64,000 nt of DNA. Origin: Planctomycetota bacterium (GTDB lineage Bacteria > Planctomycetota > UBA8742 > UBA2392). Made by a program: the position numbers and the translations under genes. Below, one piece after another: positions 1 to 9,413 of the stretch. Location: positions 69,694 through 133,693 of the forward strand of contig JAHBXZ010000001.1 of the NCBI GenBank assembly GCA_019636215.1, in the 5' to 3' direction. The notes under the pieces were generated by a model. It was given only the letters and a program-made list of their open reading frames with translations. It did not search any database and was not told the DNA's origin. The stretch's first letter is position 1; every line of letters starts with the position of its first letter.

Positions 1-195
1 TCTGGATGTTTGCGTCTTCCATCCGGGTGATGATGTTCGTCACCGCCTGCGAGATCAGGTCATTGATCTTCTTGGCGTTGATGACGTTGACCTTCTTCAT
101 GCCGCGTTCTTTGAACGCGTCGATGTCGACCTGGCGCGTCTGCGCCTTGATCAGGTCTGCGTAGTCAACATTGGCCTGTTCGGTGTCTGCCATAT
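1..195 (-). CDS. hypothetical protein, N-terminal 65 aa only (gene runs off the window start)
   Basis: ATG at 195 on the minus strand reads MADTEQANVDYADLIKAQTRQVDIDAFKERGMKKVNVINAKK... and stays open to position 1. No recognisable motif. Confidence 0.35.
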
Positions 196-319
196 TTCCT
201 ACCGTGGTTGGCCATCAACGCCGGGGCACTTCGCCCCGGGCGCCCGGTACATCGGAGGTCGCAATCGGCGCAATTCAAGCACTTTACGCCGGTTCCGACA
301 AGCCGCTACTCTGAACCCC

Positions 320-1291
320 ATGGAAACCTTTCGCACGTTTTGTCTTCTCGTGCTGGCGGCCGTCGCCGGTGCCATGGGTGCACAGCCAGTTACATTATCG
401 GCCAAACCCCTGTCTGAAGCGTTGAAAAATTCAAACCTGCTGCTTCCCGTGCAGGACGCCAATCACACCCAGGCGGTCGGGGCCGTCACAGCGCTGCTGT
501 TGAACCAGCCCGGCGCGGCGGAACTTGCGGCCTTTCACACCCGGCTGGCTCAGATTGCGCAGCACAAAGACACCCGTCTGGGTCGCCTGTTTTTTGCCGC
601 GCTGGACGCCTGCCCGGACCTGGAGCAGATCAGCGCTGAGGACGAGTCCGCCCGGGTGGACGTTGAGTTTCCGCTGGCGCTGGGTTCTGCCCTGCGGGTG
701 CAGGTCGGCTGGGCGCGCAACAAAATGCAATGGCTGATTGCCGAGTTCACCATCGACATCACCGGCAATGCCGGGGCTTTGTTTGCCACGGCCGGCCCGT
801 ACTTCGGCATTGGCCGCCCGCAGCCCGCGGTGCTGGACGCCGCCGAACTTGATTACCTGCTGGGGCGTGACCCGGCCCAGCGCCTGATGCTGGAATCAGA
901 GCGAGAGCCCTTTGATTTTGATGCGGCGCTCAGGCGCCGATGCGCCCTGGAGGCCGGCGCTTCTGCCGCCCTGCTGGCGAAGCTGGCCGAAGGCCTGACC
1001 GACCGCCGTACCCCCGCCGAAAAGACCGAACTGCTGGCGCCGCACCTTTCGGCCGAAGCCGCAAAAGCACTGCGCGAACAGGGAACCGCCATTGCCTTCT
1101 GGGACGGCCTGCAGAAGCAGCTTGCCCTGCTGCTGGCCCTGCCCCGCGCCACCGGCGCACCCGCGGCCCGGGGCGGCAAGGTGCAGGTTGGCCGCACCCG
1201 CCAGGGCGTTCATGTCGAATGGTCGCTGTCGCGCCAGGACACCGGCCGCCTTGCGCTGGGCAAAGGGACTGTCGATGCCGCGGGCAAGTGA
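320..1291 (+). CDS. secreted hypothetical protein (N-terminal signal peptide)
   Basis: 323-aa [26 protein letters not shown] is a hydrophobic signal-like N-terminus. The antisense ORFs have the Ala/Arg/Gly bias typical of high-GC artefacts. 17-nt overlap with the next gene. Confidence 0.5.
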   Translation: METFRTFCLLVLAAVAGAMGAQPVTLSAKPLSEALKNSNLLLPVQDANHTQAVGAVTALLLNQPGAAELAAFHTRLAQIAQHKDTRLGRLFFAALDACPDLEQISAEDESARVDVEFPLALGSALRVQVGWARNKMQWLIAEFTIDITGNAGALFATAGPYFGIGRPQPAVLDAAELDYLLGRDPAQRLMLESEREPFDFDAALRRRCALEAGASAALLAKLAEGLTDRRTPAEKTELLAPHLSAEAAKALREQGTAIAFWDGLQKQLALLLALPRATGAPAARGGKVQVGRTRQGVHVEWSLSRQDTGRLALGKGTVDAAGK

Positions 1292-1559
1292 AGCCGAGAT
1301 CACCGGTGCCCTGCGCAGCCTGCCGCATTGGGTGCGGCAGGGTGACAACATTGTCCGCGAGTTCAAGTTCAAGGACTTCGCCCAGGCCTTTGCCTTCATG
1401 GGAAGAGTGGCCGACGCCGCCGAAAAGCTGAATCACCACCCGGACTGGCGCAACGCCTACAACAAGGTCGAGATACGGCTGACCACCCACGATGTCGGTG
1501 GTCTTTCGGCGCTGGATTTCAAGCTGGCGGAAGCCATTGACGCCGCCGCCGCGCCCTGA
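1275..1559 (+). CDS. phhB: pterin-4a-carbinolamine dehydratase (PCD/DCoH)
   Basis: Internal ATG of ORF 1092-1559. The 94-aa product contains [49 protein letters not shown], which matches the PCD signature [E/H]-x-H-H-P-x-W-x-N. Confidence 0.8.
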   Translation: MPRASEAEITGALRSLPHWVRQGDNIVREFKFKDFAQAFAFMGRVADAAEKLNHHPDWRNAYNKVEIRLTTHDVGGLSALDFKLAEAIDAAAAP

Positions 1560-1562
1560 TGC

Positions 1563-2321
1563 CTACCGTATCAGGTGTTGCATCGGTCCCTGCCTCAGCA
1601 GCGCAAGCGGGTCCTTGACCAGCGGCGCGCTTTCCACCAGGTAGGCCTCGGCATGGGCGCAGGCCGCCTTCAGGCCAAGCCCGGCCGTCAGGCTGAAGAA
1701 CTGGTCCAGGAATCCGGCCTTGCTCATGCGCGTCAGGGGCTGGCCGGCTTCCTCGACCACGGTCTGGAACTGGCTGCGGTAGGCCATGATGGCCTGGCGC
1801 TTGGTTTCCATCACGTCGCTGATGTCTACATGAAAGCTGGGCTCAAAGTGGCGCGAGTAACGCGCGTGCACCAGCCGGTGCACACGGTGCGCAGGCTGTT
1901 CGGTGACATAGCCCTTCAGGCCGGCGAAGTGCACGGCTTTGCGGGCAAGTCGCGCGGCGGCCTCGTGGTCGGGGTGGTGGCAGGTGAAGTACGGGGCAAT
2001 CACCACACCGGGGCGCAGGGCGCGAAGCTGGTCTACCACAACACGCACGCTGGCATCGTCGTCGTGGAGAAAGCCGTCGCGCAGACCGGCAAAGGCGACT
2101 TCCGCACCCAGGATCGCGCCCGCGTCGGCGGCCTCCTGGCGGCGCATCTCGGGCGTGCCGTGGGTTCCCATCTCGCCTGCTGTCAGGTGCAGAATCCCGG
2201 TGCGATAGCCCTGCTTTCTGGCCAGAGCCAGCCAGCCGCCGCTGGTCATCTCGACGTCGTCGGGGTGTGCGCCGATGGCAAGCAGGTCAAGTGGAGGGTT
2301 CATGCGCCTTCCATGGTACAC
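1563..2321 (-). CDS. PIG-L/LmbE family N-acetylglucosaminyl deacetylase
   Basis: 252-aa ORF with the LmbE hallmark AIGAHPDDVEMTSGG and His-rich metal-binding positions (HHPDHE). The true start may be Met7 (MNPPLDLL). Confidence 0.75.
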   Translation of the reverse strand: MYHGRRMNPPLDLLAIGAHPDDVEMTSGGWLALARKQGYRTGILHLTAGEMGTHGTPEMRRQEAADAGAILGAEVAFAGLRDGFLHDDDASVRVVVDQLRALRPGVVIAPYFTCHHPDHEAAARLARKAVHFAGLKGYVTEQPAHRVHRLVHARYSRHFEPSFHVDISDVMETKRQAIMAYRSQFQTVVEEAGQPLTRMSKAGFLDQFFSLTAGLGLKAACAHAEAYLVESAPLVKDPLALLRQGPMQHLIR

Positions 2322-2348
2322 GGCAATCGTTCGACATGGAACGTCCGG

Positions 2349-3197
2349 CTACCAGCTGCATAACGCGGAAAGCCGGCCCAGTGCATCCACGGTCCGGGTG
2401 CCGATCCAGACGAAGTCCTGCCCGTCACAGATTCGCAGGCGGTTTTCGGCCACCGCCGGCATCTGCGGAAAGGCCTGGCGCCAGAACTCGAGGTCCGTGG
2501 GCTTGAATGACCAGGGCTCGTCGGGAAACAGCAGGATGTCCGGCTTGAGCCCGGCCACGTCCTCAGGTGAGACCTTCACATAGCGGTCGGGGTCATCTTT
2601 CAGCAGGTGGGTGCCGCCCAGGGTCTCAATCAGGTCGCCGGCATAGGTTTCGCGCCCCACAGCCATCCAGGGGTCTTTCCATATGAATGCTACCACCCGC
2701 GGACGCGCGTTGGGGCGCGGGTTCAGGCGCAGGGCATTGGCCTGCTGCTGGTCCTCTGCCCGCAGGCGCGAGGCCGCCACCGCCCGCACGCCCTTGCGCA
2801 CCAGTTCATCGGCCTGTTCCTGACGGCCGCAGATGCGGCCCAGGGTGCCGATCAGGGAAAGGCTTTCCTCAACGGTGGTCGAATAGTCCACGTATACCGC
2901 GAGTCCGTGCTCGCGAAGGTGCAGGATGTCCTCGCGGCGGTTTTCTTCCTTGTTGGCCAGCACCAGGTCAGGCTTGAGGGCCAGAATCCGCGCAAGGTCC
3001 GGATCCTTGGTGCCGCCGACCTTGTCGATAGCCTTGACGCGGTCGGCCGGCGAAACGCAGTACCGCGTGCGACCGACCAGCAATTCGCCGGCCCCCAGGG
3101 CAAACAGCGATTCGGTTGTCGACGGCACAAGGCTGACGACGCGCGCTGGCGATGACGGGATGTCGACTTCAGTGAAGGTGTAGTCGGTGAGCTTCAT
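2349..3197 (-). CDS. ABC transporter periplasmic substrate-binding protein, BtuF/iron-siderophore (helical backbone) family
   Basis: 282 aa. VVSLVPSTTESLFALG...LALKPDLVL...GLKPDILLF is typical of cobalamin/Fe3+-siderophore binding proteins. Confidence 0.65.
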   Translation of the reverse strand: MKLTDYTFTEVDIPSSPARVVSLVPSTTESLFALGAGELLVGRTRYCVSPADRVKAIDKVGGTKDPDLARILALKPDLVLANKEENRREDILHLREHGLAVYVDYSTTVEESLSLIGTLGRICGRQEQADELVRKGVRAVAASRLRAEDQQQANALRLNPRPNARPRVVAFIWKDPWMAVGRETYAGDLIETLGGTHLLKDDPDRYVKVSPEDVAGLKPDILLFPDEPWSFKPTDLEFWRQAFPQMPAVAENRLRICDGQDFVWIGTRTVDALGRLSALCSW

Positions 3198-3215
3198 TCA
3201 GGGTCGCACACGGGC

Positions 3216-4703
3216 CTACTTTGGCTTCCAGGCGGTCTTGGGCGCGGGTTTGCCGGCCAGATAGTCGGCGCGTGACTGCCCGGTACCCAGCTGCTTCTGC
3301 GCGCCGGCCATGGCGTCCAGGTAGGTCTGCACGTCTTCTCCGCCCTTGGGAAAGCCGTCTTCGCCGACCAGCAGCATGTCGTCCACGCTGTCGAACAGGT
3401 CCTCGTGCGGGTTCAGGGCAAACTGCGCCGGGCTCTGCTGGAAGTCCCACACCGACTGCGGCCAGCGCTTGATGTCAATGATCTCGCACAGCTCTGCGTA
3501 CACCGCGCGCAGCTTTTCAGACCGGCAGCCGGGGTACATCAAGCTGGGTCCTTCGGGGTCGTCCACCGGCGTGTTGCCGGAATCGCCGGGGTGGTGCCCG
3601 GCCAGTACCACGGCGTTTTCGTTCATCCAGGTCACAAAGCGCTGGTCCGTGAACACCTGGGCGCGGGTGCGGTCACTCTGGCCACAGGTGTCGAAACTCA
3701 GGAACAGAAACACCGGCACGTTGCGCTTGGTCGCTTCTTCAAAGGCCGCCTTGATGTCGTCCTGGATGCGCAGCACGGGTCGCGGGTTGAAGCCCAGCGC
3801 CTTGATGACCTCCGGGTTGCGGATCACGGTGCGAAAGCCCACGGTGCCCTCGGCGGTGTCCATGCGCTGGAAGTCCTGGTCCACCACGCGGGCGTTGGCC
3901 CAGTGGGTAGTCGCCCAGCTTCCGCCCTTGATCATGATCGGCAGGCCGTCGGGGGTGATTTCCTGTTCGCGCTCAAATGCGTACACGCGCTCATACACAT
4001 TGCCGGCCATGTCCATGCAGCCGTACGGAGAAGTTCCCAGCCGATAGCTGCCCACCGGCATCGGGTGGCCGGGGCCGTGCACAAACAGGTTGGCCCGAGT
4101 GCTGTCGGGGTACACCATGCCCCACGGAAACGCCAGACCGGAGGGCCCGGACGCGGCTTTCTCCCATTCATAGGCATAGGGCAGGGCAGCGCCCGCCCAT
4201 GCCGCGTAGGCCATGGCGAAGTGGCCAGTGGAGCCCACCAGCGGGTAGTTGCCCTGGCCATCAGGCACCCGCACTTCTTTGTCGACACTCAGCCCCCAGG
4301 GCAGGCCGCGCAGCCAGCGGGTCTGGCCGCTGTAGACGGCGCCGTCGCGAATGGTCAGGCCCTGCTGGGCCTTGAGAAAAGCGGCAGCCTGGGCGTTGGT
4401 GACCTCGTGCTTGTCAATCAGGAATGCGGGCACGGGCAGCTTGCGCGGGGCGGGATCCACAGCCGGGTCGCTGAAGTAGGTCCACTTTTCGAAGATGCCT
4501 TCGCGCACCAGCACCATCGTGGCGCCGTCCTTGACGCGGCGGAACTCGCGATAGCCCTCGGCGTTGTTGCCAAGGTCCTCAAAGTCGCCCACAGGGGTCT
4601 TTAGCACGGCACTGCGCCGCGTGGGCAGGGCCTCAGGCGCAACTTGCGCGGCGGCCAGCGAAATCAGCACAAGGATAAGGGTTGATGCGGCGAGTGTTTT
4701 CAT
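3216..4703 (-). CDS. secreted FGE-sulfatase (SUMF1) domain protein fused to a C-terminal thioredoxin-like domain (CxxS)
   Basis: Internal ATG at 4703 gives the signal peptide MKTLAASTLILVLISLAAA. The FGE/SUMF1 core is ...HGPGHPMPVGSY...GNVYERV...MIKGGSWATT. The C-terminal part VPVFLFLSFDTCGQSDRTRAQVFTDQRFVTWMNENAVVL has a thioredoxin-fold pattern. The upstream 140 codons of ORF 3216-5120 look non-coding. Confidence 0.7.
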   Translation of the reverse strand: MKTLAASTLILVLISLAAAQVAPEALPTRRSAVLKTPVGDFEDLGNNAEGYREFRRVKDGATMVLVREGIFEKWTYFSDPAVDPAPRKLPVPAFLIDKHEVTNAQAAAFLKAQQGLTIRDGAVYSGQTRWLRGLPWGLSVDKEVRVPDGQGNYPLVGSTGHFAMAYAAWAGAALPYAYEWEKAASGPSGLAFPWGMVYPDSTRANLFVHGPGHPMPVGSYRLGTSPYGCMDMAGNVYERVYAFEREQEITPDGLPIMIKGGSWATTHWANARVVDQDFQRMDTAEGTVGFRTVIRNPEVIKALGFNPRPVLRIQDDIKAAFEEATKRNVPVFLFLSFDTCGQSDRTRAQVFTDQRFVTWMNENAVVLAGHHPGDSGNTPVDDPEGPSLMYPGCRSEKLRAVYAELCEIIDIKRWPQSVWDFQQSPAQFALNPHEDLFDSVDDMLLVGEDGFPKGGEDVQTYLDAMAGAQKQLGTGQSRADYLAGKPAPKTAWKPK

Positions 4704-4807
4704 GGTTGGGCTCCGGGCGGCGATTGTAGGGGCGTCCGCCCGCGGGGCCAGCGCGGGCCAAAACAAACCGGCCCGACGAATCGGGCCGGTTGGGGAACCA
4801 GAATCCG

Positions 4808-5944
4808 TTAGTTCACGCCGGCCAGCACAAGCTGGGCCGGGGTGTCCGGGAACTCGGTCAGGGTATCCACAAAGCCGCCCATGCCGTCCGGCACAGAGAT
4901 AATGCGCAGTTCGTCCTTCGAAAGACGCATGATGTTGCTGTCCACGTTCACGTCCCACAGGAACAGCGACCAGGTGCCCGCGCTGGGCTGGCCCTGGAAC
5001 GGGAAGCTGGGGGCCGTGATCGCCGAGCCGCCGAAGTTGAAGACCAGAGTGGTCAGGCGCTGGCTGCCATACTGGAACGATGCCGTCGTGGAGTTGGTGT
5101 CCGGCCGCATGAACTGCCACGCCCCGTTGGGCGCAACCAGCAGCATGTAGAGGTCGGCGCTCAGATCGATGCTGTCGCGGGCGAAGATCGACAGCGTCAG
5201 GCTGAAGCTGCGCACAAAGAACGACGTGCCGGTGAACGAGAAATCCGCGCGCAGCGGGCGCACATCCAGCCCGAAGTAGCCCCAGTCGCCCAGGTCGCGC
5301 ACGCCCCTGTGCTCGGACAGGTAGGTGTACGAAGTCGAGTTCAGCGCCAGAGTCGCTGTTTCGTTGGCGGGGTTTGTCGGGTTACCCTCAAGCCCGAAGT
5401 TGATGCGCAGCGTGCCGTTTCGGAACACGCAGCGGCCGTCTTTGTCATCTACAGCGTCCTTCAACTGGATCTTCCACAGGCCGGCAGCGGTCAGGCCGTC
5501 GAACTCGTTCAGGAAGATCATTTCCACGCCCGGGTTGATCAACTCGTCGCTGGCAAAATCCACGTCCTTCCAGGTGCTGGTGGTGCCGTCCGGCGCGACA
5601 ATGCGGCACTGAAGCTCGCAATCTGCTCCGTTTCCGCTTTCGGGCGGTGCGATGCGCATACGGCAGCGCACGTCGGTGACAACCGTCAGGCCGGCCATCT
5701 CGAACTCGATGGTCAGCGGGCCGTTCTTGGCGAGGTCATCCTTGTCTTCAGGAATCTTGATGTCGTACATGCCGGCCGGGGTGGTGATGGTGTCATAGTA
5801 GGTGCGCAGCAACGGCCCGGCGGCAAGGGCGCGCTTGGGCAGCTTGCGTTCTTCGGCGTCTTTCTGGCCGATAGAACGGCATTCGGCGCCCAGCAGCGCG
5901 AACATGGTCAGCAACAAAACCAGCACCAGACGGTCTTTACGCAT
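4808..5944 (-). CDS. secreted hypothetical protein
   Basis: Internal ATG at 5944 gives MRKDRLVLVLLLTMFALLGAECRS (signal peptide). 378 aa of non-biased composition. The overlapping plus-strand ORF 4790-5986 has antisense-type bias. Confidence 0.5.
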   Translation of the reverse strand: MRKDRLVLVLLLTMFALLGAECRSIGQKDAEERKLPKRALAAGPLLRTYYDTITTPAGMYDIKIPEDKDDLAKNGPLTIEFEMAGLTVVTDVRCRMRIAPPESGNGADCELQCRIVAPDGTTSTWKDVDFASDELINPGVEMIFLNEFDGLTAAGLWKIQLKDAVDDKDGRCVFRNGTLRINFGLEGNPTNPANETATLALNSTSYTYLSEHRGVRDLGDWGYFGLDVRPLRADFSFTGTSFFVRSFSLTLSIFARDSIDLSADLYMLLVAPNGAWQFMRPDTNSTTASFQYGSQRLTTLVFNFGGSAITAPSFPFQGQPSAGTWSLFLWDVNVDSNIMRLSKDELRIISVPDGMGGFVDTLTEFPDTPAQLVLAGVN

Positions 5945-6120
5945 GGATGGCTTCTCCGCGATCGGCGGTATGACACCGTGAAATAGTCTGCGAGCCTTCC
6001 ACATTATCCCCACCCGGTCCATGGGTCAACGGCACGAAATGTCCCTGCTCGGGGGCCCCGGAGTGGCCGCCCCCGCCGGCTTTGCTTTGCCGCGCATGGC
6101 TGCGGCGATAGACTGCCACC

Positions 6121-7458
6121 ATGAAGCCGCTTGCCCTGACAGCCGCCTTGCTTGCCTTTGCCTGCGCCGTGACAATTGCACTGGCCCAGGACGAATCCGC
6201 GCCCAAACCCAAGCCCGCCGTCAAGGAACTCAGCCAGGCCGAGAAAGACGCGTTGGCCACGCAGGCCTACTTTGTGCTGCGCAACCGCTGCTGGGGCTGC
6301 CACGGCGAACCTGGCAAGAAGGCCTATGGCGAAACGGTGCCGCTGGACTGGATTCTGGACTACGACAAGCTGGTGGAAGCCAAACTGGTGATCCCCGGCA
6401 AGGTGAAAGAGTCGCGGCTGGTCTACCTGACCACACTGGGCAAGATGCCGCGCGAGTTTGACGCACAAGGCAAGCCCACCAAGGAAGGCGAGCTTTCGCA
6501 GTTCGACTACAAGGCGCTGGTCGAATGGGTCAAGGCCGGCGCGCCGAAGTGGCCGGAGATGAAGTTCACCCATGAATGGGTGCCGCTGGCTGGTCCGGCG
6601 CTCGAGGTCAACTTTGATCCAAACCTGACCCGCCGGCTTGTAACCTTCAGTGTTGTAAAAGGCCGCAGCTTTGTGCTGGCCCGTGACTCCAACCGGCAAT
6701 GGAGTGAAGAACTGAGCGTTCTTGAACAACAATCTGATGGTTGGCAGCAGGTCGGGACGTCCTTCAAGCTTGGTGTTGCCGATGACGCGTTCCTTCTGGC
6801 CGGGGAACCCCTGACGCTTGTAAGACAGACATCGAAGGAAGTCTTGCGCGAGTCCGTCGAAACACAGATTGACGAGTGGAACGGCGAAGCATGGGTCAGT
6901 GTCGTGGGGCCGGCCGAGCCCCGCCCCGCCCGCCCGGGCAGGCTCGCGCGCAGCGCGGCCGGGTCAATTCTCATGCTGGCAGGTCACAAGGACAGCGACG
7001 AACATTCCAGCCTGTGGCAACTGGACACCAAAGCAAAGACTTGGCGGCTGATTCGCGAGAGAACAGATGAAGGCAAACACGCCCACCTGGTGGCGACAAT
7101 CGACGGTGCCTGCCGCAGCGTAAGCGTGCTTGGACAGGTATTTGAATACGACAAGGAAGGCAAGCTCACCCTGATACGCGAGGAAATCTCGCCCTTTCTC
7201 GTCACCGATTGCTGCAAGGGCGACAAGGCCGGCGCGCTGCTGGCCGCAACCATGACACTCAAGACAGGCGACATGTCCGTTACACTGCGCAAGTTCGAGG
7301 CCGGTGCATGGAAGACACTGCAGGTGTGGCCGGTCAATCGCGAGTACGAGCCGCTGCTGTCTTGGGACCAGACCTCAGAAAGAGTGCTGGGGCTGCACCG
7401 GCAGACGCAGTCCGACTTTGACAGAACCGTGTGGGCGCTCATCCCCTGGCGCCAGTGA
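6121..7458 (+). CDS. secreted protein with a CxxCH heme-binding motif (planctomycete-type cytochrome c-like domain)
   Basis: Signal peptide MKPLALTAALLAFACAVTIALA. RNRCWGCHGEPGKK carries a CxxCH motif in the context seen in PSCyt-type domains. Confidence 0.45.
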   Translation: MKPLALTAALLAFACAVTIALAQDESAPKPKPAVKELSQAEKDALATQAYFVLRNRCWGCHGEPGKKAYGETVPLDWILDYDKLVEAKLVIPGKVKESRLVYLTTLGKMPREFDAQGKPTKEGELSQFDYKALVEWVKAGAPKWPEMKFTHEWVPLAGPALEVNFDPNLTRRLVTFSVVKGRSFVLARDSNRQWSEELSVLEQQSDGWQQVGTSFKLGVADDAFLLAGEPLTLVRQTSKEVLRESVETQIDEWNGEAWVSVVGPAEPRPARPGRLARSAAGSILMLAGHKDSDEHSSLWQLDTKAKTWRLIRERTDEGKHAHLVATIDGACRSVSVLGQVFEYDKEGKLTLIREEISPFLVTDCCKGDKAGALLAATMTLKTGDMSVTLRKFEAGAWKTLQVWPVNREYEPLLSWDQTSERVLGLHRQTQSDFDRTVWALIPWRQ

Positions 7459-7490
7459 TGTCGGCGTACCTTCATTGCGCCCGGCGGGGT

Positions 7491-8018
7491 TCAGGCCCTG
7501 GCCGCCGGTGCCGCAGTGGTCTTCACCGCAGTGCCGTATGCCATGACTTCGGCCATGCCGAACTTCTGGCGCTCAGGGCTGCGGGTGCTGATGACCGCCG
7601 TTTCCAGCCGGATGTTGACCACGAAATTGGCGCCCTGGGCGTCGGCCTGTTCCAGCATGCGCAGCACGGCCTCGCGCCGAGCGCGCGTAAGCACCGGGCT
7701 GATGCTGCGCACTTCGCCGCCGACCAGCTTGCGCCACCCGGCCAGGAACCGCTTGAAGTGATCCACGCCCACCACCACAGTGCCCATCACCATCTGGCCC
7801 TGGGTGGCCGTGACGCCCGGCGGCAGATCCTCATGCCCCATCACGATAATGCGGCGGCCAACGTCGTACTCGCGCCGCTGCAGGTCGCGCAGGTGTGATT
7901 GCTCAATGCCGCGGCCGACCAGCCAGGCAATCAGCAGCATCCACACCGGCGAGGTGTAGGCCAGCATCATGACCAGAAGCATCAAAATGCCGCCGGCGAC
8001 TTCGCTATTGGCCAGCAT
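7491..8018 (-). CDS. YbjQ/UPF0145 family protein with N-terminal transmembrane segment
   Basis: GGILMLLVMMLAYTSPVWMLLIAWLV is a TM segment. The YbjQ core is GQMVMGTVVVGVD...AQGANFVVNIRLETAVI...AYGTAV. Confidence 0.6.
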   Translation of the reverse strand: MLANSEVAGGILMLLVMMLAYTSPVWMLLIAWLVGRGIEQSHLRDLQRREYDVGRRIIVMGHEDLPPGVTATQGQMVMGTVVVGVDHFKRFLAGWRKLVGGEVRSISPVLTRARREAVLRMLEQADAQGANFVVNIRLETAVISTRSPERQKFGMAEVMAYGTAVKTTAAPAARA

Positions 8019-8337
8019 GTTCGGGCTCCACGATTACGGCCGTGCCGTAAGCGAACATCTCGGCGGCGGATTGCATCACCGAGGCGGTCGAGAATCGCAC
8101 GTTGACAATCGCGTTGGCGCCCATGGCCTGTGCCTGTGCGATCATGCGGCTGATGGCCTCGTTGCGCGCTTCTGTCAGCAGCTCGGTGTAGCCCGTGATC
8201 TCGCCGCCGACAATGTTCTTCAACCCGGCCATCAAGTCTCGACCGATGTGCTTGGCGCGGATCGTGTTGCCCTGCGCCAGGCCCAGCGACTGCACGATGC
8301 GGTAGCCGGGTATGGTCTGTGTGTTCACCATGTACAT
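8005..8337 (-). CDS. YbjQ/UPF0145 family protein
   Basis: 110 aa, GYRIVQSLGLAQGNTIRAKHIGRDLMAGLKNIVGGEITGYTELL...AMGANAIVNVRF...AYGTAV is a canonical YbjQ domain. 14-nt overlap with the upstream paralogue. Confidence 0.7.
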   Translation of the reverse strand: MYMVNTQTIPGYRIVQSLGLAQGNTIRAKHIGRDLMAGLKNIVGGEITGYTELLTEARNEAISRMIAQAQAMGANAIVNVRFSTASVMQSAAEMFAYGTAVIVEPEHAGQ

Positions 8338-8456
8338 GTTGCGCTCCCTTTTCTGCCGCGATGATACCGGGCGTTCTGGCGTGCTGCCGTTGCAAGGTTC
8401 AGGTATTTTTGGAGCCGCAGCGGCCGCGCGCGATAACCTGCACTCAGGAGCCCATT

Positions 8457-9317
8457 ATGAAAATCTTCATTTCCGCCGATATGGAAGGCGTCACGGGCGT
8501 TGTTCACCGCGACCAGCTGGTGCCCGAGGGCAAGACCTACGAACGCGCCCGCAAACTGATGACCGCCGACATCAACGCTGCCATCACCGGCGCGCTGCGC
8601 GAAGACCCGGGGGCCGAGTTCATTGTCTGCGACGGCCACGGCGTGATGCGCAACATCATTCTCGAAGAGCTGCACGAGGCCGCGCAACTCGTGATCGGCC
8701 CCGCCAGCCCCGAAAACAAGCCGCTGTGCCAGAGCCAGGGCTGCGACGAGACCTGCCAGCTGGCCTTCTTCACGGGCTATCACTCGCGCTCGGGTACGCC
8801 CGGCGGCCTGCTGGCCCACACCTGGGTTGGCAGCACGGTGTGCAACTTCCGCATTAATGGCGAAATCGTGGGCGAAAGCGCCCTGAACGGCGCCGTGGTC
8901 GGCCACTGGGACATCCCTGTCGGCCTGATCAGCGGCGGCAGCGAACTCGAGGCCGAGGCCCGCGCCACCATGCCCGAGGGTTTTGTCTGGGTCGGCACCA
9001 AGCAGACCTACGGCTACACGGCGGCCCTGTGCCTGCCCCCGGCGAAAACGAAAAAGCTGCTGGAAGAAGGCGCGGCCGAGGCCGTGCGCCGCTTCAAGCA
9101 GGGCCGCCTGAAACCCTGCAAACCCAAGCTTCCGGTGACCATGGAAGTCGAGGTCTACCGCCGCGAAATGGCCGACAAGGCCGCCCGCGCGCCGGGCATA
9201 GAGCGCACCGGCGAACGCAGCTTCGCCACCACGGCTAAGACCACGATTGAAGCCGCGACAAGAATGTGGACCGCCGTCTGCCGCGCCCAGGACGACGAAC
9301 CAGCCTGGCTGAAGTAG
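8457..9317 (+). CDS. dppA: D-aminopeptidase DppA (peptidase family M55)
   Basis: ATG at 8457 is preceded by aggag. MKIFISADMEGVTGVVHRDQLVPEG...CDGHGVMRNI is typical of M55 DppA. Confidence 0.8.
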   Translation: MKIFISADMEGVTGVVHRDQLVPEGKTYERARKLMTADINAAITGALREDPGAEFIVCDGHGVMRNIILEELHEAAQLVIGPASPENKPLCQSQGCDETCQLAFFTGYHSRSGTPGGLLAHTWVGSTVCNFRINGEIVGESALNGAVVGHWDIPVGLISGGSELEAEARATMPEGFVWVGTKQTYGYTAALCLPPAKTKKLLEEGAAEAVRRFKQGRLKPCKPKLPVTMEVEVYRREMADKAARAPGIERTGERSFATTAKTTIEAATRMWTAVCRAQDDEPAWLK

Positions 9318-9318
9318 T

Positions 9319-9348
9319 CAGAGCCAATCCGGTAACGATTCGGCTCTG
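9319..9348 (+). terminator. GC-rich hairpin immediately downstream of dppA (possible terminator, no T-tract)
   Basis: cagagccaatccggtaacgattcggctctg is an imperfect 11/12-bp stem. Confidence 0.3.
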
Positions 9349-9413
9349 AAACTGCTCGCCAATTGTTTGGCGCCTTTTCTGGCATCGCCGGGTTGGCGCG
9401 GTAACCTGTCTAC

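Noticed and set aside
4790-5986. 398-aa plus-strand ORF
   Set aside because: Antisense to the secreted protein gene 4808-5944. His/Arg/Gly/Ala-biased composition.
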